From an uncultured Gemmatimonadales bacterium (GTDB taxonomy: Bacteria > Gemmatimonadota > Gemmatimonadetes > Longimicrobiales > Longimicrobiaceae): 64,000 bases of DNA. This document shows, piece after piece, positions 55,201 to 64,000 of the stretch; position 1 is the stretch's first letter; each line of letters begins with the position of its first letter. The notes beneath the pieces were generated by a model, which worked only from the letters and a program-made list of their open reading frames with translations, did no database searches and had not been told where the DNA came from. The stretch lies in the NCBI GenBank assembly GCA_963716255.1, contig OY970303.1:960001-1024000 (forward strand), read 5' to 3'. Made by a program: the position numbers and the translations under genes.

Positions 55201-55238
55201 GCGAGCCCCTGCCGACGACGGCAGGGGCTCGCTCGTTT
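55201..55238 (+). terminator. Catalase terminator hairpin
   Basis: GCGAGCCCCTGCCG-ACGA-CGGCAGGGGCTCGC. Confidence 0.7.
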
Positions 55239-55501
55239 CGGGGAGCAGAAGTGGCTAGGCCCTTCACCCCACCCCTCACTTCCTCCCACCAAAGCAGTCT
55301 ATCACCTCGCAGAGGAAATCCCTGAACCACCGAAGTGACGGCGTAATGAACTGACGGAGAGTCACCTCGGGAATCAACGAATCAGCCGCCCCAGGCGCTC
55401 AACTGACCCTGGAGGTCCATGGATCCACAAGGGATCGAGATTACTAACACCTCTACGCCAACGTAGAAGTTTGCCCAGAGCTGCAGGCAGGCAACTCTCC
55501 G

Positions 55502-56914
55502 TCAAGACGTTAAACCTACGTCGGCGTCCAAAGTAGACAAGTGGCTGTGCTTCACCCGTCCAAAGAGATCGTCGACCTGCTGCTTCGTATACCGAAGATT
55601 GGGATGCATGCGCCCCCGCCGCTCCAGATATTGCACTTTCTCGGAAAATGTATCGAAGGCATTGTAGTCGTGGATATACCCGCCTTCACGATTGTGTCGA
55701 ATTGCGTAGTATGTGCGGCTGAGGCGTTTGATATCCGCAGGTGGGCCAGCCGCAAACTCTGGCAAGCGGCGGAAGAAGCTCCTGATGATCGCGTCCATCT
55801 TGTGCAGTAGCTCCATATCTGTGATCTCTTGGAAATAGAATAGCCAGCCATATTGGCGATTCCCATCGAATGCTCCTGTGATGCGCTCGTTTAGGTCCTC
55901 CACGAATACCTGTTGGATTACTTCTGGCGTGAGCCATGGATGCCGCGCACGATATGCAGCTGTACCCCGCAAGTGGCGGGTGAAGAGGCCTGCGACTGTC
56001 TGAATGTACCGGTCAATGCTGGCTTGCCTGACAGAAACCCGATGAGGCTCAAGCCGATAGCCGAGATACTCTATCGGCCTATCAGCCATATCCTTGACGG
56101 TTTTTTCTTGGTTCCTTTGCAACCCTATTGAATGAAGCTCGTCATCAATCAGCCTTTCAATCGAATCCGTGTCCCCAGCGTCAACAACAACGAGCAAGTC
56201 ATCTACGTAGCGAAAGTACTGTACTGCCTGTGCTTCGATAGCCTCATCAAAATCGGCGAGATAAATCCCTGCGAGAATGTTAGAGACCGCAAGCCCCTGG
56301 GGTACTCCTCTCGCGTTGCGCCCTTCGCGATGCTGGACTCGTCTATTGGTCGACGGGACAGTAGGAGTCGTGATTGCCTGTTCAATAAGTCTGAGAGCAA
56401 TTGGAGATTGAATCCGGACCGCAAGCTTGTCCAAGAGTTTGTGATGATCAATGGAATCATAAAAGTTCTGTATGTCCGACCGAACACAAGCCATCTCGGA
56501 AAGCTTCTGCTCGGCAAGAGTTCCTTTCAACTGGCGGATAAGTGCGTTCGGCAGTTGTTTCCCTATGCATTCAGGGAATACCTGATGGAGAAGCTGCTTA
56601 AGTATGCTTAGAACAATTCGATCCCGCACAGTCGGAATAGAGATGACACGAGGCACCCGATTTCGACCCTTGGATTTCAGAACTTCCACATATCTTGAGA
56701 ATTGATATGTTCCAGCAATGCACTTTCTGCTGATGATGTCGATCTGCTGATCCTTCTGTAATTCAAATCGAGTGGGGCTTAACCGATCTATCCCGACAGT
56801 TGTCGAACTAACTATCTCACCCATATATGTGAACAAGATATTCAGCGGATCGAACAAAACAGAAAGAGCAACACCCTCCGTGGAGACTCCGACAGTCGAG
56901 AAGGGAAGTGCCAT
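55502..56914 (-). CDS. Reverse transcriptase, UG/DRT type (UG17/DRT10-like)
   Basis: GID, KSKGR..PRVISIPTVRDRIV, SDIQNFYDSIDH, GVPQGLAVSNILAGIYL, YFRYVDD, YLGY; helical C-terminus with YGWLFYF; no maturase/HNH or Cas1 domain; start 56914 (alternative 56824). Confidence 0.9.
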   Translation of the reverse strand: MALPFSTVGVSTEGVALSVLFDPLNILFTYMGEIVSSTTVGIDRLSPTRFELQKDQQIDIISRKCIAGTYQFSRYVEVLKSKGRNRVPRVISIPTVRDRIVLSILKQLLHQVFPECIGKQLPNALIRQLKGTLAEQKLSEMACVRSDIQNFYDSIDHHKLLDKLAVRIQSPIALRLIEQAITTPTVPSTNRRVQHREGRNARGVPQGLAVSNILAGIYLADFDEAIEAQAVQYFRYVDDLLVVVDAGDTDSIERLIDDELHSIGLQRNQEKTVKDMADRPIEYLGYRLEPHRVSVRQASIDRYIQTVAGLFTRHLRGTAAYRARHPWLTPEVIQQVFVEDLNERITGAFDGNRQYGWLFYFQEITDMELLHKMDAIIRSFFRRLPEFAAGPPADIKRLSRTYYAIRHNREGGYIHDYNAFDTFSEKVQYLERRGRMHPNLRYTKQQVDDLFGRVKHSHLSTLDADVGLTS

Positions 56915-56949
56915 GCCGTAGCGCCTCGAGTAAAGCCGTTCCAAGTGAT

Positions 56950-57561
56950 TCAAGCGAGCATCAGCCAGATAGTCCCAAAGAAGACCAGGAAAATCAGCAC
57001 GTATGGCGAAAACGCGAACAGGTACCATGCTGCCGTCGAAAAAAGCCCCCACCTGTACTTCCATTTACCCGGATAGTACCACAGCGGCTCGTCCAACTTA
57101 GTTCGATAGTAATCGAGATTTGCGTGGTTCTCGTGAGCTCTGAGAATGGCGTAATAGCGCTCGCGATCTCGATGATAATCCTCGGCAGCGGTGGATGTGT
57201 GTGAGTCCTTACGAAACTCGATTTCACGGCCAAGATCCGCGAGATCAAGTCCGCACGCGTGCATCCTCTCTGCTCGGACTGCGAAGTTATCCATTCCAAT
57301 TAGGAGTGAGAATACCAGCACCAACACCGCTAGTGCAACCTGTATAACATTCAGAAGTTGCGGGCCAAATCTTGTGAGCGCACCAAGAGCCTGCATTAGT
57401 GGGATGATAATGAGCACGACCGACAGGAGCGCAATCGTCCATTGCGAGAATCGGGCATGGGCACCTAGCCGACGAGCTGCTAGGAATCGTATCCGTGAGG
57501 TCTTAGTAATCCGCCTGTGTAGCTCGTCGTAGGGATCACCCTGTGCTGCCGAAGCGTTCAT
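56950..57561 (-). CDS. SLATT-domain transmembrane effector
   Basis: T.RIRFLAARRL, two TM helices, RAERMHACG, YYAILRAHENH..LDY, extra C-terminal TM; 203 aa. Confidence 0.75.
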   Translation of the reverse strand: MNASAAQGDPYDELHRRITKTSRIRFLAARRLGAHARFSQWTIALLSVVLIIIPLMQALGALTRFGPQLLNVIQVALAVLVLVFSLLIGMDNFAVRAERMHACGLDLADLGREIEFRKDSHTSTAAEDYHRDRERYYAILRAHENHANLDYYRTKLDEPLWYYPGKWKYRWGLFSTAAWYLFAFSPYVLIFLVFFGTIWLMLA

Positions 57562-57739
57562 CGCTGGACTGAGAACCCCGAGAAAGTGATGGGCCAGCAT
57601 GCGTCCAAGTAAAGTGAAGCCTATAGTTAACCCGGTCAAGAGGCTGGATAAACAGAAGACAAACCTGGCGGAAAGATGTTGGCGCACGCTACTGTGCTCC
57701 TTACCTACGCCGTAGAAAACGGTGGCGGGCAAATAGGCG
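57562..57739 (-). ncRNA. Candidate RT-associated structured ncRNA/leader
   Basis: Two stems (57618-57622/57641-57645 with inner TTGAC/GTTAA, and 57565-57569/57603-57607) bracket ACTT-T-ACTT; sits upstream of SLATT-RT. Confidence 0.4.
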
Positions 57740-57741
57740 TA

Positions 57742-57773
57742 AGCCCCGCCGCAGCACGGGCCACGGCGGGGCT
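57742..57773 (-). terminator. Hairpin downstream of transaldolase
   Basis: AGCCCCGCCG ... CGGCGGGGCT 10-bp stem. Confidence 0.6.
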
Positions 57774-57835
57774 AAGTCCATCCGGACCGGCGGGCATTCC
57801 GAGCGGGGCCGCCCCACGCGCGGATGCCGCGGCGG

Positions 57836-59017
57836 CTACGCCCGCCCGGCCACCCTCCCTACCTTCTCGCCCACCGTCGCAAGCATCTCGCGGAAGGACT
57901 TGGCGAACTTGTCCACCCCCTCCACCTGCAGCTGCTCCGTCACCGCGCCCAGGTCCACCCCCAGCGATGCCAGCGCGGCCAGCTCCTCGCGGGCGCGGTC
58001 CAGCTCCGCGTCCACCGTGCGCCGTGCGACGCCGTGGTCCGCGAACGCCTCCACCGTGGCGAGCGGCATGGTGTTCACGGTGTCCGGCCCGATCAGCTCC
58101 TCCACGTAGATCACGTCCCGGTACTCCGGGTTCTTGGTGGAGGTGCTCGCCCACAGCGGCCGCTGGATCTGCGCGCCGGCGGCCTTCAGCCGCGCCCAGC
58201 GCTCCCCGCCGAAGGTTTCCTGGAAGCGGGCGTACGCCACCTTGGCGTTGTCGATCGCCGCGCGCCCCATCAGCGACTTCGCCCGCTTCTTCCGCTCCTC
58301 GTCCGCGTCGCCCCCGGCGATCTTCCCGAGCTGCGCGTCCACCGCCGAGTCCACGCGCGACACGAAGAACGACGCCACCGAGGCCACCCGCTCCACCGGC
58401 TCCCCCGCGTCCACGCGGCGCTCGATGCCGCGCAGGAACGCCTCCATCACCCGCTCGTAGCCCTGGAGCGAGAAGAGCAGCGTCACGTTGACGTTGATCC
58501 CCTCCGAGAGCAGCTGCTCGATGGCCGGGAGCCCCGCCTCCGTGCCGGGCACCTTGATCATCACGTTGGGGCGGTCCACCCACTTCCACAGGCGGCGCGC
58601 GTCGGCCAGCGTCCCCTCGGTGTCGTGCGCCAGCTCCGGCGACACCTCCAGCGACACGAAGCCGTCCGTGCCCCCCGAGGCGTCGTGCACCCCGCGGAAC
58701 AGGTCCGCGGCGCGCTGGATGTCGGACACGGCCAGCCGCTCGTACGCGGCCTCGCCGCCCAGCCCCTCCCCCGCCAGCCGCTCCAGCTCCTCGTCGTAGT
58801 CGGTGCTGTCGCCGATGGCCTGCTCGAAGATGGACGGGTTGGAGGTGACCCCGCGCAGGTCGAAGTCGCGGATCATCCGCTCCAGCTCGCCGTTCTCCAG
58901 GATCCCGCGGCGGATGTAGTCCAGCCACACGCTCTGCCCCTGCCCGTGCAGCTCGTGAAGCGGGTTGCGGCCGCCCTGCTCCACCGCGTCCGTGGGGTGC
59001 TTGCTCCCTGTCTCCAT
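57836..59017 (-). CDS. tal: Transaldolase
   Basis: GQSVWLD, GVTSNPSIF, VSLEV, NVMIKVP, NVNVTLLFS, SVASFFVSRVD, LWASTSTKNP. Confidence 0.95.
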   Translation of the reverse strand: METGSKHPTDAVEQGGRNPLHELHGQGQSVWLDYIRRGILENGELERMIRDFDLRGVTSNPSIFEQAIGDSTDYDEELERLAGEGLGGEAAYERLAVSDIQRAADLFRGVHDASGGTDGFVSLEVSPELAHDTEGTLADARRLWKWVDRPNVMIKVPGTEAGLPAIEQLLSEGINVNVTLLFSLQGYERVMEAFLRGIERRVDAGEPVERVASVASFFVSRVDSAVDAQLGKIAGGDADEERKKRAKSLMGRAAIDNAKVAYARFQETFGGERWARLKAAGAQIQRPLWASTSTKNPEYRDVIYVEELIGPDTVNTMPLATVEAFADHGVARRTVDAELDRAREELAALASLGVDLGAVTEQLQVEGVDKFAKSFREMLATVGEKVGRVAGRA

Positions 59018-59058
59018 CGTATCCTCCCGCGCGGCCAGGCCGCTGATGTGGTTCGTGG

Positions 59059-61173
59059 TTACCCGCCGTGCCCGCCCGAGCGCTCGTCGCTGCCGTGGCG
59101 CGTGGGCCCGGCCGCGGCCAGGCCGTCCTCCAGCTCCGGGGAATCCCCCTCCAGCCCCAGCGCCTGCCGTGCCTTGGCCGCCACGTTCTCGGCGGTGAAG
59201 CCCAGCTCGTGGAAGATGTTCTTTGCCGGGGCCGAGGCGCCGAAGTGGCTGATCCCCACCACCTGCCCCTCCGTGCCCACCCAGCGGTGCCACCCCATGG
59301 GGCTCGCCGCCTCCACGGCGACCCGCGCGGCCACCTGCGGCGGGAGCACCTCGTCGCGGTACTCGCGCGGCTGGCGCGCGAACAGCGTCCAGCTGGGCAT
59401 GCTCACCACCCGCGCCTGGATCCCCTCGCCGCGCAGGCGCTCGCGGGCGGCCATCGCCACCTCCACCTCCGAGCCGCTGGCGATCAGCAGCACGTCGGGG
59501 CGGCCGCCCTCCGCGTCGGCGAGGACGTAGGCGCCGCGGACGAGGCCGGACGCGGGCGCGTACAGGTTGCGGTCCAGGTTGGGGACCGCCTGGCGGGTGA
59601 GCGCCAGGAACGCGGGGCCCTCGCGGTACGTCATCAGGAAGCGCCACGCCTCCGTGGTCTCGGCGCCGTCGGCGGGGCGCAGGTCCACCAGGCCCGGGAT
59701 TCCCCGCAGCGCGGCGAGCTGCTCGATGGGCTGGTGCGTGGGCCCGTCCTCGCCCAGCCCCACGGAGTCGTGGGTGAACACGTAGATGGTGGGCTGCTCC
59801 ATCAGCGCCGCCAGGCGGATGGGGGGGCGCATGTAGTCGGAGAAGATCAGGAAGGTGCCGCCGAAGACGCGCACGCCCCCGTGCAGCGTCATCCCGTTCA
59901 TCAGCGACCCCATGGCGTGCTCCCGCACCCCGAAGTGCAGGATGCGCCCCCCGTAGCTCGCGGGCCCGAAGTCCTCCGCCCCCGTGATGCTGGTGTTGTT
60001 GGAGGGGGCCAGGTCCGCCGAGCCGCCCATCAGCCAGGGCGCCTTGGCCGCGATGGCGTTGATCGCCTTGCCGGAGGCGGCGCGCGTCGCCAGCGGCTTG
60101 TCCTGGGCCGTGTACTGCGGCAGCTCCGCGTCCCACCCCTCGGGGAGGCGCAGCTCCAGCGCGGCGGCCAGCGCCTCGGCGGCGTCGGGGTGGGCGGCCT
60201 GGAAGGCGGCGCGGCGGCGCTCCCACTCGCCCTGCATCTCCTGGCCGCGCTCCACGGCCCCGCGCATGTGCGCCAGCGCCTCCTCGGGGACGAAGAAGGG
60301 CTCGGCCGACGGCCACCCCAGCGCCTTTTTGGTGAGGGCGACCTCCTCCTCGCCCAGCGCCTCGCCGTGCGCCTTCGCGGTCCCGGCGCGGTTGGGCGAG
60401 CCGAAGCCGATGATGGTGCGCACCCCGATCATGGACGGGCGCGGGTCGGCCTTCGCGGCCTCGATGGCGGCGTCGATGGCCTCCAGGTCGTTGCCGTCGG
60501 CCACCTTCAGGGTGTGCCAGCCGTACGCGTCGAAGCGGGCCAGCACGTCCTCGGTGAACGCCAGGTCGGTGGAGCCCTCGATGGTGATGCTGTTGTCGTC
60601 CCAGAAGTAGATCAGCTTTCCCAGCCCCAGCTGCCCGGCGATCGAGGCGGCCTCCGCGGCCACCCCCTCCATCAGGTCGCCGTCCGAGCAGATGGCGTAC
60701 ACGTGGTGGTCGATCACCTCGTGACCGGGGCGGTTGTGGAGCGCGGCCAGGTGCGCCTCCGCCATCGCCATCCCCACCCCGTTGGCGAACCCCTGCCCCA
60801 GCGGGCCGGTAGTGGTCTCCACGCCGTCCGTGAGCCCGTACTCGGGGTGCCCCGGCGTCCGGCTCTCCCACTGGCGGAAGTCGCGCAGGTCGTCCAGCGT
60901 CAGGCCGTACCCGGTGAGGTAGAGGAGCGAGTACAGGAGCATGGACGCGTGCCCCGCCGACAGGACGAAGCGGTCGCGGTCGGTCCACTTGGGGTCGCGC
61001 GGGTTGTGGCGCAGGTGCCGCGTCCACAGGGTGTAGGCCAGCGGCGCCAGCGCCATGGGCGTGCCCGGGTGCCCCGAGTTCGCCTTCTGCACCGCGTCCA
61101 TGGACAGGGTGCGGATGGTGTCGATGCAGAGCTGGTCCAGCGCGCTCCGGTCCGTCGTCGTGGAGGAAGCCAT
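59059..61173 (-). CDS. tkt: Transketolase
   Basis: [47 protein letters not shown]. Confidence 0.97.
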   Translation of the reverse strand: MASSTTTDRSALDQLCIDTIRTLSMDAVQKANSGHPGTPMALAPLAYTLWTRHLRHNPRDPKWTDRDRFVLSAGHASMLLYSLLYLTGYGLTLDDLRDFRQWESRTPGHPEYGLTDGVETTTGPLGQGFANGVGMAMAEAHLAALHNRPGHEVIDHHVYAICSDGDLMEGVAAEAASIAGQLGLGKLIYFWDDNSITIEGSTDLAFTEDVLARFDAYGWHTLKVADGNDLEAIDAAIEAAKADPRPSMIGVRTIIGFGSPNRAGTAKAHGEALGEEEVALTKKALGWPSAEPFFVPEEALAHMRGAVERGQEMQGEWERRRAAFQAAHPDAAEALAAALELRLPEGWDAELPQYTAQDKPLATRAASGKAINAIAAKAPWLMGGSADLAPSNNTSITGAEDFGPASYGGRILHFGVREHAMGSLMNGMTLHGGVRVFGGTFLIFSDYMRPPIRLAALMEQPTIYVFTHDSVGLGEDGPTHQPIEQLAALRGIPGLVDLRPADGAETTEAWRFLMTYREGPAFLALTRQAVPNLDRNLYAPASGLVRGAYVLADAEGGRPDVLLIASGSEVEVAMAARERLRGEGIQARVVSMPSWTLFARQPREYRDEVLPPQVAARVAVEAASPMGWHRWVGTEGQVVGISHFGASAPAKNIFHELGFTAENVAAKARQALGLEGDSPELEDGLAAAGPTRHGSDERSGGHGG

Positions 61174-61209
61174 CGGGTCTCCGGAAGTCGTTTTCGTTGT
61201 CGGGGTCCT

Positions 61210-62727
61210 TCAGCCCGCCGCGCGGCGGGCGGCGGGCGCGAGCCCGGCCAGGCGCGCCTCGGCGTCCTCGTGGCGGGCGCGTGCCCGGCGGTGGAGGGCG
61301 CCGCGGGCGGGGTCCGGCTCGCGGGTCTCGGCGGGCGGGTCCGCGTCGCCCGGGGGAGCCCCCAGCCGCTCCAGCGCCACCAGCGCGGCGCCCCGGCTGG
61401 TCGCCTCGCGCTCCGCGGCCAGCACCACCCGGCGCCCCAGCGCGTCGGCCAGGATCCGCCTCCACGCGGGCGACGCATGCATCGCGCCCCCGCTGGCGAC
61501 CACCTCGTCGCAGGGGCCCAGCGCGCCCTCCAGCGCGTCCAGCGCCGCGCCGATGCGGTAGGCGCACCCCTCCATCCAGGCGCGCAGCACCTCCGTCGGG
61601 AGGGTGGCCTGGGTGAGGCCCAGGATGGAGGCGCCGGCCCACTGCTCCCAGCCGGGGCCGCGGTCCCCCAGGAGCGCGGGGAGCACCGTCAGCCCGTGCG
61701 CGTCCGGCTCCATCGCCGCCACCTCGGCCTCGGCCGCGTCGGGCGCGGGGAGGCGGAAGCGCTGCCGCAGCCAGGCCACGCCGTTGCCGCCGCTGGAAAG
61801 GGCGCGCCCCATCACCAGCCGGCGCCCGTCCAGCCGGTAGCACCACAGGCCGGCGGGGATGGCGACGGGCTCGCTCTCCCAAAGGGCGCGCACCGCCGCC
61901 GAGGTCCCCACCGTCACCGCCGGCCGCCGCGTCCCGGTCGCGCCGCTCCCCAGGCTGGCGCAGGCGCCGTCCCCCAGCGGCGGGACCCAGGGGACTCCGC
62001 GCAGCGCGGGCCAGCGCCGCTCCCACTCCGGGCGGAGCGCCGGGGCCGGGGCGTCCGTGTCCACCAGCGGGGAGAGCGCGGCCTCCGGGACTCCCACCGC
62101 CGCCAGCATCTCCGCGTCCCAGGTGCCCCGGCGCAGCTCCAGCAGCCCCGATCCCGAGGCCATGGAGAGCGAGCAGCGCCGCTCGCCGAAGAGCCGCGTC
62201 TCCAGGTACTCTCCGAACGACATCCAGGCGGCGACGCGCGGGAAGGTATCAGCCGCGGCTCCGCGGAGCCAGAGAAGCCGGGCGGCCGGGTAGCTGGGGT
62301 GCAGGAAGCACCCGGTGCGCGCGTGCGCCGCCGCGGCGTCCACCCGCTCGCGCAGCCGCAGCGCCGCGTCCGAGGCGCGCATGTCGCCCCAGCCGTACAG
62401 CGGGGTGAGGGGCGCGCCGTCGGCACCCACGCCCAGCAGCGAATGCCAGAAGGTGGCCGCCGCCACCGCCGCCACCTCCACCCCCGCCGCCCGGAGCCCG
62501 GCGAGCGCGGCGTCCACCGTCCCGGCCACCCGCGCCACCAGCGCGTCCGCGTCCGTCTGCATCCCCCCGTCCGGGGTGATCGTCCACGCGTACGCGTCGC
62601 TCGCGGTGGGGACGGAGGCGAGGGCGCGCCCGTCCATCCCGTACGCCCGCGCGCGCGCGGAGGAGCTCCCCACGTCCAGCGCGAGCACGCAGGGTCCTGC
62701 TCGGGGGTCGGGCGCGGCCAGGGGCAT
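61210..62727 (-). CDS. gntK: FGGY-family carbohydrate kinase, probably gluconokinase
   Basis: LDVGSSS, WHSLLGV, TGCFLHPSYP, SMASGSGL, GDGACA, TVGTS; pentose-phosphate operon context. Confidence 0.75.
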   Translation of the reverse strand: MPLAAPDPRAGPCVLALDVGSSSARARAYGMDGRALASVPTASDAYAWTITPDGGMQTDADALVARVAGTVDAALAGLRAAGVEVAAVAAATFWHSLLGVGADGAPLTPLYGWGDMRASDAALRLRERVDAAAAHARTGCFLHPSYPAARLLWLRGAAADTFPRVAAWMSFGEYLETRLFGERRCSLSMASGSGLLELRRGTWDAEMLAAVGVPEAALSPLVDTDAPAPALRPEWERRWPALRGVPWVPPLGDGACASLGSGATGTRRPAVTVGTSAAVRALWESEPVAIPAGLWCYRLDGRRLVMGRALSSGGNGVAWLRQRFRLPAPDAAEAEVAAMEPDAHGLTVLPALLGDRGPGWEQWAGASILGLTQATLPTEVLRAWMEGCAYRIGAALDALEGALGPCDEVVASGGAMHASPAWRRILADALGRRVVLAAEREATSRGAALVALERLGAPPGDADPPAETREPDPARGALHRRARARHEDAEARLAGLAPAARRAAG

Positions 62728-62862
62728 GGGCAGCAGGACGGTGGAGGACGTGGGACAATCTACGGAGCGGCCGGCCGCCGTCCAGCGGCGGCCGGAAGGC
62801 GAAGGGGGGCGCCCCGGAAGATCCGGAGCGCCCCCGCACCCGCCCGTCCCGCCGCCGGCCGG

Positions 62863-63948
62863 CTACAGCCGGTCGTCGCGGCGCTCGTCGCGCAGCCGGG
62901 CATCCTCGCCGTGCGTGTCGGAGTGCAGCGGCGCGGCGCCGCCCGCCGACGAGCCGCCACGCAGCAGCGGGTCCTCGCTCAGCGACGAGTCGCCGCGCAG
63001 CGACGGGTCGCTGTTCAGCGACGTCCCGGAGTGCAGCGGCGCATCCCCGTGCAACGGCAGGTCTCCGCCCAGCGACGAGTCGCCACGCAGCGACGGGTCC
63101 TCGCTCAGGGACGAGTCGGAGCGCATCGACGAGTCGCCGCGCAACGACGTGTCTCCGCCCAGCGGCGAGTCGCCGCGCAGCGACGGGTCGCTGTTCAGCG
63201 ACGTCCCGGAGTGCAGCGGCGCATCCCCGTGCAGCGGCGAGTCCCCACGCAGCGACGAGTCGGAGCGCATGGACGAGCCGGTGTCCAGAGACGAGTCGGA
63301 GCGCATGGACGAGCCGGCGCTCAGCGACGAGTCGCTGCCGCTCGTCGTGCCGCCCAGCCGCTGCTCACCGAGGCTCCGGTCCGCGCCGGAGAGCGGCGGG
63401 GGGGACTCGCTGCTGTCGAGGGTGCGGCGCGCGCCGTAGAAGCGGTTGTCGTCGTACAGGTCGTGCGAGTAGAACTCGGTGTCGCGGGTCGTGTCCGTCG
63501 TATCGGTGGAGGCGAGCCCCGCGGCGCCGGCCGTGGCCGCCGTGCCGGTGGCGCTGTAGCCGGAGTCGAAGCGGCTGCGGACGCTGGTCTCGAAGTCCCG
63601 GGTGATCGGCCCGTGGGTGTACTCCGGGAGCCCGACCACGTCGCTGCTCGCCAGGTTGTCCACGATCACGCGGTCGCTTCCCTCGTCGAGGCGGGCGTAG
63701 CCGATGGGGATGAGCACGTGCCGGTCGGAGGCGTCGGTCGCCCCGGCCACCAGGTCGTTGTCCACGTCCACGTCCAGGTAGCGCACCTTCATCGCCGCGG
63801 TATCGACCAGGAGCTGGTCCACCTCGCCGATCTTGCGCCCGTCCGAGGCGACCACCTCCCATCCGCGCACGTCGGGGTCGCCTTCGGCCACCTTGTAGTC
63901 GTCGAGCTGGTCGAGCGGGACCACGCGGTCGAGATCGTCGTTCATCAT
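62863..63948 (-). CDS. PRC-barrel protein with C-terminal hexapeptide repeat tail
   Basis: GDPDVRGWEV...GRKIGEVDQLLVD...VRYLDV...VLIPIG; tail of (S/G)D(S/P)(S/L)(L/M)R-type 6-aa repeats. Confidence 0.85.
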   Translation of the reverse strand: MMNDDLDRVVPLDQLDDYKVAEGDPDVRGWEVVASDGRKIGEVDQLLVDTAAMKVRYLDVDVDNDLVAGATDASDRHVLIPIGYARLDEGSDRVIVDNLASSDVVGLPEYTHGPITRDFETSVRSRFDSGYSATGTAATAGAAGLASTDTTDTTRDTEFYSHDLYDDNRFYGARRTLDSSESPPPLSGADRSLGEQRLGGTTSGSDSSLSAGSSMRSDSSLDTGSSMRSDSSLRGDSPLHGDAPLHSGTSLNSDPSLRGDSPLGGDTSLRGDSSMRSDSSLSEDPSLRGDSSLGGDLPLHGDAPLHSGTSLNSDPSLRGDSSLSEDPLLRGGSSAGGAAPLHSDTHGEDARLRDERRDDRL

Positions 63949-64000
63949 GGAAGCCTCCCTGAAGTTCGGTGTCGCAAGTTCGGCAGAGATCGGGATTTAG

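Larger units (their letters stand above)
55240..57739 (-). other. Low-GC island: putative anti-phage SLATT + reverse transcriptase cassette
   Basis: Abrupt drop to roughly 50% GC (by eye) between the catalase and transaldolase terminators. Confidence 0.85.

Noticed and set aside
55502..56914. RT as a group II intron, DGR or classical retron
   Set aside because: No maturase/HNH domain or intron-sized flanking RNA; no TR/VR pair or Avd gene; no retron VTG motif after YxDD and no clear a1/a2 inverted repeats. A retron is not fully excluded without phylogeny.
57562..57732. 57-aa N-terminal extension of the SLATT ORF
   Set aside because: TTG start without a clear RBS; the conserved-looking domain begins after Met at 57561. 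The region is better explained as promoter/ncRNA, though the frame is open.
62920..63340. Repeats near the window end as a CRISPR or DGR template
   Set aside because: In-frame 18-bp coding repeats without spacers or adenine-specific variation.

Overview
High-GC (>70% by eye) bacterial chromosome segment; gene style suggests Gemmatimonadota/Longimicrobium-like, which is inference only. The core content is carbon storage and stress genes: a glgX-treZ fusion, treY, glgB, gnd-zwf-pgl, gntK-tkt-tal, msrB-msrA, oxyR-catalase and a khtU-khtT K+/H+ antiporter, plus several PAS histidine kinases. It also holds a largely uncharacterised ECF-sigma / TonB receptor / DUF4331-TPR-HupE module. Two foreign-looking defence islands stand out. 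(1) A ~2.5 kb low-GC cassette (about 55240-57739) encodes a SLATT-type membrane protein plus a stand-alone reverse transcriptase (UG17/DRT10-like), preceded by a structured non-coding leader with a candidate ACUU-U-ACUU repeat template. (2) A 5.95 kb IS1595-family transposon (32-bp TIRs, 8-bp TSD) carries a fused restriction-methylase and a specificity subunit, and is nested inside a ~190-bp MITE (18-bp TIRs, 4-bp TSD). Intergenic space holds 11 copies of a ~130-bp multi-hairpin repeat with fully compensatory stem changes, plus smaller REP-like hairpins, one of them inserted in frame inside treZ. No tRNA, rRNA or CRISPR array was seen. All protein family assignments come from motif recognition by eye, not from database searches.
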